A stretch of DNA of 64,000 nt from Balanoglossus misakiensis. Lineage: Eukaryota; Animalia; Hemichordata. This document shows, one piece after another, positions 1-12,952 of the stretch; within the stretch, counting starts at the first letter, position 1, and the number at the start of each line of letters is the position of its first letter. Under the pieces are notes generated by a model. The model ran no database searches and was not told the origin of the DNA. It saw nothing but the letters and a program-made list of their open reading frames with translations. The stretch spans positions 11,234,894 to 11,298,893 of the forward strand of contig CM082589.2 of the NCBI GenBank assembly GCA_040954595.2. Reading direction: 5' to 3'. The position numbers and the translations under genes are program-made.

Positions 1-2939
1 CAACTTTGTCTGCTGTATATGCTTCATAAAGATTGCAGAGTATTTTGAGAATACATTGTGTTAAGGCAGTGTGACCAGCTAAAAAGTACTGGCAAACACA
101 GCCAATGTGTAATGAAAAACATCTAATTTGGCTGAATAAAAGACATAAAACACAGCAAAAGCACTGTGACTAGCTGAGACATAATACTCCATTATGCAGT
201 TCCATCACTCCAAGTGTCAGGGATGTATCTGTGCCGGATGCCAAGATATAGGAATGTAGGTCAAAGTTTACCCAAGATCACCCAACATTTTGTCAAAAGA
301 TTTTGACCCCAAAGTTGTCCATGTCCAGGTTTCTACCGCAACTGGATAGCCTAGAATTAGATATGTACATATTTAATGAGGTTACCATGGATCAAGGCAG
401 TCCTAAGTAAACCATCAAATTTTTAGTTTCATGTTAATTCATGTTAATATAAAACGCTGTATCTCTAACCCACTGGTATGCCATTCTGTGTTTCATGCTA
501 CCCAATATGGGTAAGTAGGTAAAAAGTCACCCTAGGCCATTTGAAATTTTGCTGAAAAAATCACGTCTCTTACATATGTACATTTGGTAAAAGGGAAATT
601 TTAATCACGGAGTAGAACATATTCATAAAAAATATTTGAGGGAAAGAAGGAAGTTTTTCATAGCTTTGGTGCGTCAAATAGTAGAGAGGTTCCCTTGTTA
701 TCCTTAGACTCAAACTCAGAGTTTCCAATCTTTCAGTATTTTCATGATATTACTTTCCATCTTAGATTTGTTCATCTAAACAAACTGACTGATAGGTATA
801 CATGAACATTTTATTGACTAATGAATGTGCCTGTATGTTGCAATTTAAAGAAGTCAGATATTAAACGAGCGCCACACCTGTTTTAATCAGCCTCCATATG
901 GAGGGTACACATCGCAGAGAGATGACAAACCCCATGCAAATTCAAGTAATATGGCTCAATGGTGCTGATTTTAAAGGATAGGTGGATGATTTGAAAAATG
1001 TTATTGTGGAAAAAGATGTGTAAAATTTGGCAGCTTGTGAGGCTTTAATTGTAAAATCTTTGAAATGTGTTTTACTCTTTAGGTCCAATTTTGTATATGT
1101 CAATATACCATTGGGACCAATGTGAAATTGTTCTAAACTCAGAAACTCAAGAAGGTACTGGTCAGATTGCTTTAGAAATTGGTGTGTATTTATGTTATTG
1201 AGACTTTATACAGATTTTATTTTTCATTTTTGAAGTATATTTTGGGGTGATTTTGGTCGTCATATACTCAGAAACCTCTACCCACATTTTTTTTAAAATT
1301 TGGTTTGCATGTTCTTAGGTGTGATTTTATGACAATTTAACAAACCCAGTGATGGAAGTGACAATATTTTTTTTTTTTTTTGGCAATTACTGCCATTTTT
1401 GTCTGATTGCTTTGCAATTTAGTTTGCAGTTTCTAGGGAATTCTTACTGTGGTGCACAAAATTCACAAAGGTGATTTACTATCCTCATGCGCTTTGTTGA
1501 ACTGGCACCCTGTTGCAAAACAGACATTACAACACTCTTTGAATTGAATTCATAGCTACCAATTTTTCGGGGGTGTAGCACCTTTTTTATGCCTAAAACT
1601 TTGATCGAGAACTTCAAATTAAATGCAACCCTCCAAATATTTGCAATATTTCAGGTATAATGATTTAATTTTAAAGCATAAATTATGATGTATTCATAAT
1701 CATTAAGAGAAACACATTTTGAAAATAGAATATTAATCACACTAGCAGTCATAATACTTTTGAATCATCACTAAAGAACATATAGAAAAATTAAACAGGT
1801 GTTAATTATTTATATTTGAACGCAAAGCGTAAATTCCCTTGTGCCATGGAATTGACAATCTGCAACTGGTGGGGTCCTTCTGCCAGTAAAAAGCATCAGA
1901 TAAATTCTGCATGCTCATCACCGAGGCAATTTAGGTGTACTTTTGTACTTTAAGAACTGTCGGTTTTCGCAACTGAAACTCTGTTCACAGGACAGAGGAA
2001 AAACTAGAATGACAACAGCTATGTAAGCTAACAAAAGGAACACAGAGCATAGTTCTCCATACTCACATTTTAATGCAATAATTTTTGCTGAAACTGGGGC
2101 GTCCGTGGGCAGGCAAAGGCAGTTCTAACTCGACTTGCAAATAAGGCCCATGTCTCTTGTTCGCTGAGATTGTCTGGTTCTAATAATAGCTGTAAGAACT
2201 TGATCATTGACCGAACTGTTGGTTCAATTTTGCAACATTTTATGATTTCAAGCTGTGCAATATTTGCAACTCAGTTTCAACTTTGGTTGGAGGGATGATG
2301 ATGAAGCCATTTCACTGACAAAATAGCGCTACTGACTGATGTCAATGTTTGTTTACAGTCAAATGCATTGCCATCATAAAAATACATGTGAGAAATTTCT
2401 TATGTGTATGATACACACTTTTGTGCATGACTGCAAACTGTGTTACAGTTGTGAAATTCTAAGGGTTGAATTCATTGGGTAGAATTCATGTTTTTTGGAT
2501 TCTTAAACAACCAGTCACGAAAGCTAAGTGGTTACCTCAGAGAAACTGTGTTAAATTTGGTCATCAATTGCTTTAAATCACACAAGACATTCCCAGAGCT
2601 AAAGTTACTGCAGCAGTCAGTTTCAACTCAGCTTGCAAATTGGGATCATGTCTTGTGTTCATCGAGACTGTCTGTAGTCGAGTTGACAGTCCTATGGGGT
2701 CAATGATGAACCTACAAATGTTCTTTCCAATGAAATTGTTATAAATCTAATATTCAGGATTTGCATTCATACCTTAAACAATATAACTGTATTGCAAATA
2801 TGGCAACTCTTCTAAGTTACATTGGAACACCTTCTCGGCACTGTTTGTGCCAAAATGGTGAATAAGCTTTCATTTTCAAGCCTTAACATAGGCACCCAAA
2901 ACAAGACAACAGCATTGCAAATATGGCATTTTTTGTTCA

Positions 2940-3600
2940 ACTCTTCTCATTTGCATAGTCCAAAATGGCCGCCAAACTCCTCTAACATGTAAATTTCCTA
3001 TGGTCGTCTTAAATAGTGTGTAGTATCGCATTTGAAGGGTTTTCATCAATATGGGTACCTAAAACAATTTCAACGTGGTTGACATTGCAATGTTAGACAG
3101 CTGTTCTAATTTGCATGATCTAGAATGGCCGACAAACTTCTCTAACATGTAAATTTACTATGGTTGTCTTTAATAGTGTGTAATATCGCATTTGCAGGGT
3201 TTTCATCAATATGGGTACCTAAAACAATTTCAACGTCGTTGACATGGCAATATTAGACAGCTGTTCTAATTTGCATAATCCAAAATGGCCACCAAACTCT
3301 TCTTAAATGTAAATTTCCCTGTTTTGTCTTATATGGTGCCTAAAATCGCATTTGCAGGGTTTTCATCAATATGGGTAACTAAAACAATTTCAGCGTGGTT
3401 GACATGGCAATATTAGACAACTGTACTAATTTGCATAATCCAAAATGGCCGACAAACTTCTCTAACATGTAAATTTCCCTGGTTTGTCTTATATGGTGTG
3501 TAATATCGCATTTTCACGGTTTTAATTAATATGGGTACCTAAAACAATTTCAACGTGGTTGACATGGCAATATTAGACAACTGTTCTAATTTGCATAATT
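2940..3600. repeat. Tandem repeat, ~160-bp unit, ~4 diverged copies
   Basis: Motifs tttgcata..ccaaaatggcc and aatatgggtacctaaaacaatttcaacg recur every 160 bp (about 2950, 3110, 3270, 3430, 3590). Confidence 0.9.
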
Positions 3601-4208
3601 CGAGCACCTGCTGGATAATTTAATTTTTGCCCTTCTTGTCCCATGATTATATGTGTAATATCTCATTTTCAATGTGTTTACATGTATATATGCAGAATCC
3701 ATTTCAAACTAAGTGGGCATATTGTAGCGCCAATCTTATTTCTTAATCCGCACCACAGAACTGATGCAAGGTTTAGGACTGGAAATGTATGTGGCCACTG
3801 GCCGACACCCCGGGCGAGAGGTCTCCAATTATTTTCAGCACGTAGTGTGCTTCCCGGTTGATAACATCAATATGTGTAAATGCCAAAAACCCGACCTATT
3901 GTAATACCAGTCAAATTTTCTTTGTCATTTACCATTTTTCTCTTGCATATGAACGTTTTTCTTAAAGAGTACATACCCATATACATTTGTATGGGAGCAC
4001 ACATCCCCACCCCCTGCCAACAATAATTGGACAACTTTATTCTTCTTATACTTCTTTTTAGTCTAAACATTCATATAGAGAAGGCAACATGTTCTTGAAG
4101 CTGCTGACTATGGAAATATCATGAAGTACATTTTCCTAGTTGTACATGTACAGTATGATAGGCCCAATGTACCAATTGGAGATGTGTGCCTTACAGGCAA
4201 CATACATG

Positions 4209-6747
4209 TAGCTCTGCATGGCCTGGTTAATCAATGTTGACGCAAAGGTTGACCCTACCAAACACTCAAAATTAATGGGCACGACACTGGCCACTAGCTC
4301 TGCATGGCCTGGTTAATCAATGTTGATGCAAAGGTTGACCCCACCAAACACTCAAAACTGATGGGCACGACACTGGCCACTAGCTCTGCATGGCCTGGTT
4401 AATCAATGTTGACGCAAAGGTTGACCCCACCAAACACTCAAAATTGATGGGCACGACACTGGCCACTAGCTCTGCATGGCCTGGTTAATCAATGTTGACG
4501 CAAAGGTTGACCCCACCAAACACTCAAAATTGATGGGCACGACACTGGCCACTAGCTCTGCATGGCCTGGTTAATCAATGTTGACGCAAAGGTTGACCCC
4601 ACCAAACACTCAAAATTGATGGGCACGACAATGGCCACTAGCTCTGCATGGCCTGGTTAATCAATGTTGACGCAAAGGTTGACCCCACCAAACACTCAAA
4701 ATTAATGGGCGCGACACTGGCCACTAAGCTCTGGCCTGGCTAATCAAGGTTGACGCAAGGGATTACCCCACCAAACACTCAAAATTGATGGGCACGACAC
4801 TGGCCACTAAGCTCTGGCCTGGTTAATCAATGTTGACGCAAAGGTTGACCCCACCAAACACTCAAAATTAATGGGAACGACACTGGCCACTAGCTCTGCA
4901 TGGCCTGGTTTATCAATGTTGACGCAAAGGTTGACCCCACCAAACACTCAAAATTAATGGGCACGACACTGGCCACTAGCTCTGCATGGCCTGGTTAATC
5001 AATGTTGACGCAAAGGTTGACCCCACCAAACACTCAAAATTAATGGGCACGACACTGGCCACTAGCTCTGCATGGCCTGGTTAATCAATGTTGACGCAAA
5101 GGTTGACCCCACCAAACACTCAAAATTGATGGGCACGACACTGGCCACTAGCTCTGCATGGCCTGGCTAATCAAGGTTGACGCAAAGGTTGACCCCACCA
5201 AACACTCAAAATTGATGGGCACGACACTGGCCACTAGCTCTGCATGGCCTGGCTAATCAAGGTTGACGCAAAGGTTGATCCCACCAAACACTCAAAATTA
5301 ATGGGCGCGACACTGGCCACTAGCTCTGGCCTGGCTAATCAATGTTGACGCAAGGGTTGACCCCACCAAACACTCAAAATTGATGGGCACGACACTGGCC
5401 ACTAGCTCTGGCCTGGCTAATCAAGGTTGACGCAAAGGTTGACCCCACCAAACACTCAAAATTGATGGGCACGACACTGGCCACTAGCTCTGGCCTGGCT
5501 AATCAAGGTTGACGCAAGGGTTTACCCCACCAAACACTCAAAATTAATGGGCGCAACACTGGCCACTAAGCTCTGGCCTGGCTAATCAATGTTGACGCAA
5601 GGGTTGACCCCACCAAACACTCATAATTGATGGGCACGACACTGGCCACTAGCTCTGGCCTGGCTAATCAATGTTGACACAAGGGTTGACCCCACCAAAC
5701 ACTCATAATTGATGGGCACGACACTGGCCACTAGCTCTGGCCTGGCTAATCAAGGTTGACGCAAGGGTTGACCCCACCAAACACTCAAAATTGATGGGCA
5801 CGACACTGGCCACTAGCTCTGGCCTGGCTAATCAATATTGACGCAAGGGTTGACCCCACCAAACACTCAAAATTGATGGGCACGACACTGGCCACTAGCT
5901 CTGGCCTGGCTAATCCAGGTTGACGCAAGGGTTGACCCCACCAAACACTCAAAATTAATGGGCGCGACACTGGCCACTAAGCTCTGGCCTGGCTAATCAA
6001 GGTTGACGCAAGGGATTACCCCACCAAACACTCAAAATTGATGGGCACGACACTGGCCACTAAGCTCTGGCCTGGTTAATCAATGTTGACGCAAAGGTTG
6101 ACCCCACCAAACACTCAAAATTAATGGGAACGACACTGGCCACTAGCTCTGCATGGCCTGGTTTATCAATGTTGACGCAAAGGTTGACCCCACCAAACAC
6201 TCAAAATTAATGGGCACGACACTGGCCACTAGCTCTGCATGGCCTGGTTAATCAATGTTGACGCAAAGGTTGACCCCACCAAACACTCAAAATTAATGGG
6301 CACGACACTGGCCACTAGCTCTGCATGGCCTGGTTAATCAATGTTGACGCAAAGGTTGACCCCACCAAACACTCAAAATTAATGGGCACGACACTGGCTA
6401 CTAGCTCTGCATGGCATGGTTAATCAATGTTGACGCAAAGGTTGACCCCACCAAACACTCAAAATTAATGGGCATGACACTGGCCACTAGCTCTGCATGG
6501 CCTGGTTAATCAATGTTGACGCAAAGGTTGACCCCACCAAACACTCAAAATTAATGGGCACGACACTGGCCACTAGCTCTGCATGGCCTGGTTAATCAAT
6601 GTTGACGCAAAGGTTGACCCCACCAAACACTCAAAATTAATGGGCACGACACTGGCCACTAGCTCTGCATGGCCTGGTTAATCAATGTTGACGCAAAGGT
6701 TGACCCCACCAAACACTCAAAATTAATGGGCACGACACTGGCCACTA
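4209..6747. repeat. Satellite array, 83-86-bp unit, ~30 copies
   Basis: Unit tagctctgcatggcctggttaatcaatgttgacgcaaaggttgaccccaccaaacactcaaaattaatgggcacgacactggccac, with starts at 4209, 4295, 4381 and so on. Some variants lack the internal cat. Confidence 0.98.
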
Positions 6748-7749
6748 CATGTATTTGTGATATTTTACATGGTTAACCACGCCTTGATAAAAGTAATCAT
6801 AAGAGAACTTTGTTTCCAAAGTTAGGGGAGAATAATCTAACGGGAGATGGGAGTACCTCAGGCTACTGAGCTCGTTCCCTTCCTCATGTACTTTACTGGG
6901 CGTATTTGATGTACTATAATAATTCCGGACAATAAATGAACGTAAATCAAATACGTTTCTCCGTGGATCACGGTTCTCGTCAGAGCCCGTTACCTCATCG
7001 CTACAGATTCCCCGATGCATGAACAATCATGAGAAACCAGCGGTAATACAAGTGTCACGATTGAGTTTTAACGATCATAGATCTTGTTTATGATTACGTA
7101 AGAAGTCATTCACTTATATGGTTTTAGTCCAGTATTGACATTGGTACTTGACCCAGAGTAAACAACATTGTGTAATTGATACATGTCAGAACGAGATAGA
7201 GATATCACGCGCTAAGTTCATGTTTAAGAAATATCAAGATGACGTGTTCCTTTTATGACTTAATACTTGACTAACGTATTAATAAGGTGTGGTGAAATTT
7301 GAGATCACACATTTATCACCGGAGATCCGTGATGGGAGTCAACGAGCATGGATCGAGTCGTGTAATTCTTACGTGTGACCAGTAATAAACCAGAACTTTG
7401 TGTTACTCGGAAAACTTCTTGCAAGTCTCTGTCTACGAAAGGTTTACGATCTGCCGGGTACCTCTCTCGGACTTTATGAATATGTTGGGTGGAGAAGGAG
7501 ATGAAGAGAATGTACGCCGTCAGCTTTCGGACGTGGCTGATTCCCCACAGAAGCCGATGAGGTAAACGTCCGGAGGACGACCGGCCGTAACAACAAACTG
7601 CATGAATTAAAGTTCAACAATCCTTAGAAGACAGGAACGTCAGAGGTTGAATCTTGATGGGAAAAGGCGAGGTATCGCTGGTTATCATCGGCGTACTGAT
7701 GAAATTGTAGGATGTGGGGACGAATCGGTTTACTATAAAGTTGGGCTAT

Positions 7750-7925
7750 ATAAATGGTGAACAACAGAGGGGCAGTGGCACCCCGTATACGAGAGGTGAC
7801 TGTGAACTTGCAGTGTTTTCGATGATTACAGTTTGATATCTATATTGAAGGTAAGATGTAAACCATGTTAGTACTGTGTCTGAGATGCCAAGGTTCGATA
7901 GTCTACAAAGAAGTATCCCGTGATG
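7750..7925 (-). pseudogene. Fragment of a non-LTR retrotransposon (CR1/L2-like) reverse transcriptase
   Basis: Translation HGILLCRLSNLGISDTVLTWFTSYLQYRYQTVIIENTASSQSPLVYGVP matches the typical LINE RT segment preceding GVPQGS. It is truncated on both sides. Confidence 0.8.
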
Positions 7926-9672
7926 CAAATGTACAACTGAAGAAAAAAGGAATCACAAATCTTAAAACTAAGATGCCGTTAAGAATTAAATTTCGCGAAA
8001 AGGAAGTGACGAAATACGTACATTTTCAGGTGCTCTACAACAAGTAGTCTCCCTATCATCCCTATTGGAGCATGCAGCTAAAATTTACCATGACGTCATT
8101 GATTCTACGCGAACGTTTTTCTAATGGCGATAAACATATTTTGTATAAATTGTGCTCAAACGCCCGTGAATCTCACTCGCAAAAATTCACAAGTGGCGCA
8201 TACAACACTAGGAAGAAAATTGTTTAGCAGTCTATAGAGTTTGTGACCTGAGATTTGGAAGTAAAAGTTAAACTTAAAAGTTGAGACAGAAGTGATTGAA
8301 GAGTAAAGAAACTTTTGAAGTGTTAAGAAAGTTATCGCATTCCTGATGAAAAGAAAAGAAAATACAATACATTCATTGTTTTAAGGAACACAAGGAAGAC
8401 AAGTACTATGCAATCAGAGTATGCATGGATCATTCATCTAAAAATATATCTCCGCGTCTTTTGGCGGGTAAAAATAAAATGCTGGAACGGTCTTTTGGAT
8501 GGCGGACTATTTGTGTCCTTCTTGTCCTCAGAACGCAAGTGGTCGAGTAGGTTTATTTCATTAAATTCTTATATTCTCAGTTGCTACCATAAATACCCAG
8601 TGTTCGTGTCGATGTATCTGGACGTCAGCACGATTCCATATAGGTACCTCTCAGTATTAGCCAAGCGAGTTATCCCCATCGATAGAGTTTAATTCCCCGT
8701 TACATTCCCAACACCAATCCTCCCGCGTGACATTGAGGTTGAAGGTATACAAACCTTAGGAATCATGCAACCATCCAGAAAGTGTAATAAATTTTGAAGC
8801 TATGATGTGAGTTTTCAGTTCGTTTCTTGTTTTGATTTGTTGATGTAACATTGTGCGTTTTAAATAAAAGATAAAAAAATGTACAGCAATGACGTCACAA
8901 AATTCACTGGTATTGATAAAGCTATATTATATCATATATTATATGTGTTAAATACTACCGTATCTCATTATTGCAGTATTTCGTGCTTTAACACAAAATA
9001 CGCGAATAGGGTTTAATACAAAACTAAATGACACAATTTCTGTTTCTTTGCCAAAATTCTTAATCACAAGATCAACCCATCCTTACGCCTCTACTCTATT
9101 GCTAAGAGAAACCAGCGTCCGTAACATGCATTGTGAAACCCCTCAACAACATGCATGTCAACACTTCATTTTTTCTCCAGCATTGTCAGTTTGGTACCCT
9201 GACAACTCACGGGGCATCATGGGACAATATTAAAGCTGATTCAGTGTTTATGTGCATAAAACACACGGCGGTGGAAACATTCGTTTTAAATTATTGTGGA
9301 CGCGCGCACGCCCTTGTCTGTGTACAGGTACTTGATGCTTGTCTACAGTCACGTGAAACGCTGTTGGTAGTACCCAAGAAGATAGATATCTTTAATCAGA
9401 ACTTTGGTAAGGAAGGTTTGAGAAGTCCATTCTATGTAAAGAAAGTTTAAGAAGTGTGTTACCAAAGGGTGTGGGGGTGGCTGGGGGTCATCAATATATC
9501 ACTCTGCATCACGTTCACAGAAAAGGTCGCGACACGCCCACAAATCCACTCACGACTTGCGTCACCGGTTACAGGAGTTCGTACAAAAGTGTGGTTTATG
9601 CACATTTACACTGAATCAGTTTTTTTGGCCCATGATGCCCATGGGCCAATACAGGCCACGATGCCTCCAGAA

Positions 9673-9915
9673 TGATGATGGCAATGATGGTGATGATGAT
9701 GATTGTGGTGGTGGTGGTGGTGGTGGTGATTGAGCTTTAATTTCCCTTTCTTCCTGTCTAACCACTTCCTCTCTCACCTTCACTTATTCGGTCTCTCCCC
9801 TCCCCTTCTGTCAAAGTCCTCCCCTCATTCCCTTTCCATCCTGACATTCTCATTTCCGCCCTCTTGCTTTTCTTCTCCTTTCTCACATTCCTTTTCTCAC
9901 CTCTCTCCCCCCTCC
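9673..9915. repeat. (GAT/GGT)n microsatellite followed by a pyrimidine-rich low-complexity tract
   Basis: Directly visible in the sequence. Confidence 0.85.
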
Positions 9916-10551
9916 GTAACATGTTATGTAATATATAAAGTAAAAAAGTCCAAAGCATGATGTTATCACAGATGACATTTGGAATGTATTATTGTACTAT
10001 CTGGTTTAATTTCAAACATAGTGGAGTTATTTATTGGCCAGTATTTAAGCATGTTTAAAGAAGTCAAACAGCATAATAGGCACATTTCATATCAAACAAA
10101 ATTGACCAAATAAGCTCAAAAGAGGATTTGAACAATTTGTCCCTTTAAGTAATGTTCAATATTGGATTTACACTTGTGATTGTATGTCATCTCCCTTTTG
10201 TTAGAAACCTCACAGTCATATAATAAACAGGTGACCTGACAATCATTTGAAATACCAAACTTCGGCAGCTATTCCAGTTTGGTCCAAAAACCTAATTTTA
10301 ACTGGCACCTCAACTTTAGGACTATTATGGATGTTGCTGAAACTTGAAGTGGGCTGCTTGTGAAGAGGAAGACGTGGAGTGTCTCTCAGACAATGCTGCG
10401 CTCAGTCAGAGATAAAGTCAAAATATGGATTTGACTTGCAACAGTAATTTGTTAGTTAAGTCAAATTCAACTTAAATATGTCTCTTTGGGTCAGTCTTAA
10501 CGGGTGTAGCATGCTGGAAGGGTGTGCTTACCCATTTCCGACACCTAGTAC

Positions 10552-11001
10552 CACAGGGGGCTGCAAACATGAAAGTTATAAATGGCGAAGTACGTTCCAT
10601 TCTGCGTTTTCCCAACCTGTCTTATCATTTGCTAATCCAGAATAAAAGCTATCCATTTCCCATTAATCACCTGCTAACGACTTAATCTGTGTGCCCCATC
10701 CATGGATTAAGTTAATAAAGTAAACATCGGTCAGCGAGTACTGGGTATTCTCTTACCAAGTGAGAACTGACCGATGTTTACTTAATCCACTAAATCCGTG
10801 GATGGGGCACACAGATTAAGTCGTTAGCAGGTGCTTAATTGGAAATGCAATAGTTTGTATTCTGGATTAGCAACTGCTAAGACAGGTGGAGGTAACACAG
10901 AAAAATAAACAAGCACAAAGACTGTTCATCAATTAATGTTTATTGGGGGAAAATGCAGGAACTCCGCCATTTATAACTTTCATGTTTGCAGCCCCCCTGT
11001 G
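10552..11001. mobile_element. MITE / foldback non-autonomous DNA transposon with CACAG termini
   Basis: cacagggggctgcaaacatgaaagttataaatggcg (10552) is mirrored by cgccatttataactttcatgtttgcagcccccctgtg (to 11001). The internal arms at 10620-10740 and 10765-10890 are also inverted. Confidence 0.9.
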
Positions 11002-12952
11002 CGAGTACTACCACTTAGCAGTGGTTCAAGATGATCCTGTTGAAATTGTAAGTTTTTCTCTTATTTCTTTTTTGAACCTGGACCTGGTAATTAGCTTAGC
11101 TTGAGTAATATTGATTATTGGACCTGGTTTGATGTCTTAATATAACAACTACAGAAGAATCTCTGGACACAGTGAAATACACTCCAGGGTTATGGTAATG
11201 ACTGACAAATTGTCAGTTTAAAAAAGTAGACAAAGAACTCAGTTAAATATTATAATAAAAATATGCTTTTAATATAAGGAAAAGGTACAATTGATATACT
11301 TGTAATTAAAACATAAATATAATGATGAAATTCTTCAACTGTTCTGTAGTTGCACCAGTATTTGTATAAGCTAAAAATGTTGACTTCTGGCAGGACAACT
11401 CAAACAGATATTAAACTTATTTATAGTACTTCCACTTCATGACTTTGTTCAAAAATTTCCCAAACTTATTTCATTGTTGATGAGTTGTCACCTCCGAACA
11501 ACACAAAAAGGAACAGTTTGTATAAAAAAGTAATTTTGCATGAATCTTAAACATACATGCACAAGTTGAGTGAATAACACAATATAATCATATTCTACAA
11601 TGAATTACAATATCAAGATTAAGGGTTTCACATATGACATTACATTGCTACATTTTATATACATGAATTTAATTTGAAAAATTTCCATTGATCTATAACA
11701 CCATGAATAATATAAAAATATGCGAATAAATACTTTGAATTATTATATATACATGTCAGGTCTCAAAGTGAGTAACTATATTTCCATTCACCTATGAACT
11801 GGTTATTAACCAAATGAAATGATAGGATCTTTTATTTTGAGGATCTTATAATTGTGATCATACACATCCATATTCCAAAATTCGCATGCCAAACAAATAT
11901 CAGATTTATACGGCCAGTTGTAAAGACAGTACAAGGGGCAAAAAAATTGATAATAGTTAATCATCATCTCCCTTCTTTTACAGTCTTGGAGAATGGTGAC
12001 GGTTGAAGTCAAATTAAAGAAAAATATCAAGAAAAATATCAAAATTTGAAGCACTAATTCAGGAGGATATATATCATCGGGAGGTAGTCACTGAATATAT
12101 TGAGAGAAATAATTCATAATCTATGCATTTGGATGAAAAGACCTTCTATCTGATCAAGTTAAGGATAAATGCTGCCTTGTATGAATACAGAAGCAAGTCA
12201 GCATGCAAAGGGAGAGCTGAATTGGTACACTGTTAAATTTGTCCTCCAAATTCAACAAAAATATGTTGTTGTTTAGGAATTCTTGTATTATCATATCTTT
12301 TTCATTACACAATACCTTATAATAAGTCATAACAAATTTTTAAGGAAAATTCTTTAAAATATGTAAAATATATAGCCTTATAACCAACAACAACATAGAA
12401 AACATTTTCCAGTTTCCGAAAAATATAAATCTTGAGTAATTTCAACAGAAAAAATATGAAAAATCAGTAAAACTTGTGAATTTTGTATTTTTTTCAAAAG
12501 AAAAAAAAAACATGTAGCACTCATGTGTCTCATGCAGTATTTATTCAATTGAAAATTCACGTTTGATAATTTTCTGTCCGCAAAGATAGGTTACTTTGTA
12601 CAGTTGAAAAAAACGAAGTCATGTTATACATTTATCAAAGCATTTCATTTCAGCTGTTCAAGATAATTAACTAGTGTCACCCCTTTTATAGTTGAACAGT
12701 TCTTCATAAAATAATGAAAATAAATATAAATGTTTTGAAATTATAACTAAAATCGGTCGAATTTTCAGATAGCATGATAATATCATTTTTTACAAGAGAT
12801 TTATTCTACTGTCATGTGTTTTTTCATATTAGTCGGTCATTTTTGCAGAAAAGAGTTAATTTCAAATAAAACAATGAATATCCAATAAGAAAATGTTGGA
12901 ATTAAAGGCAGAGAATGGAAATGCGATTTTTTATTGGGAAAGGACTATGTGT

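Noticed and set aside
4209-6747. Possible CRISPR array or tRNA cluster
   Set aside because: It is a simple tandem satellite with no spacers and no cloverleaf or A/B boxes.
7455-7565. Exon-like stretch (DFMNMLGGEGDEENVRRQLSDVADSPQKPMR followed by GT)
   Set aside because: It has no clear acceptor, partner exons or recognisable domain, so the evidence is insufficient.
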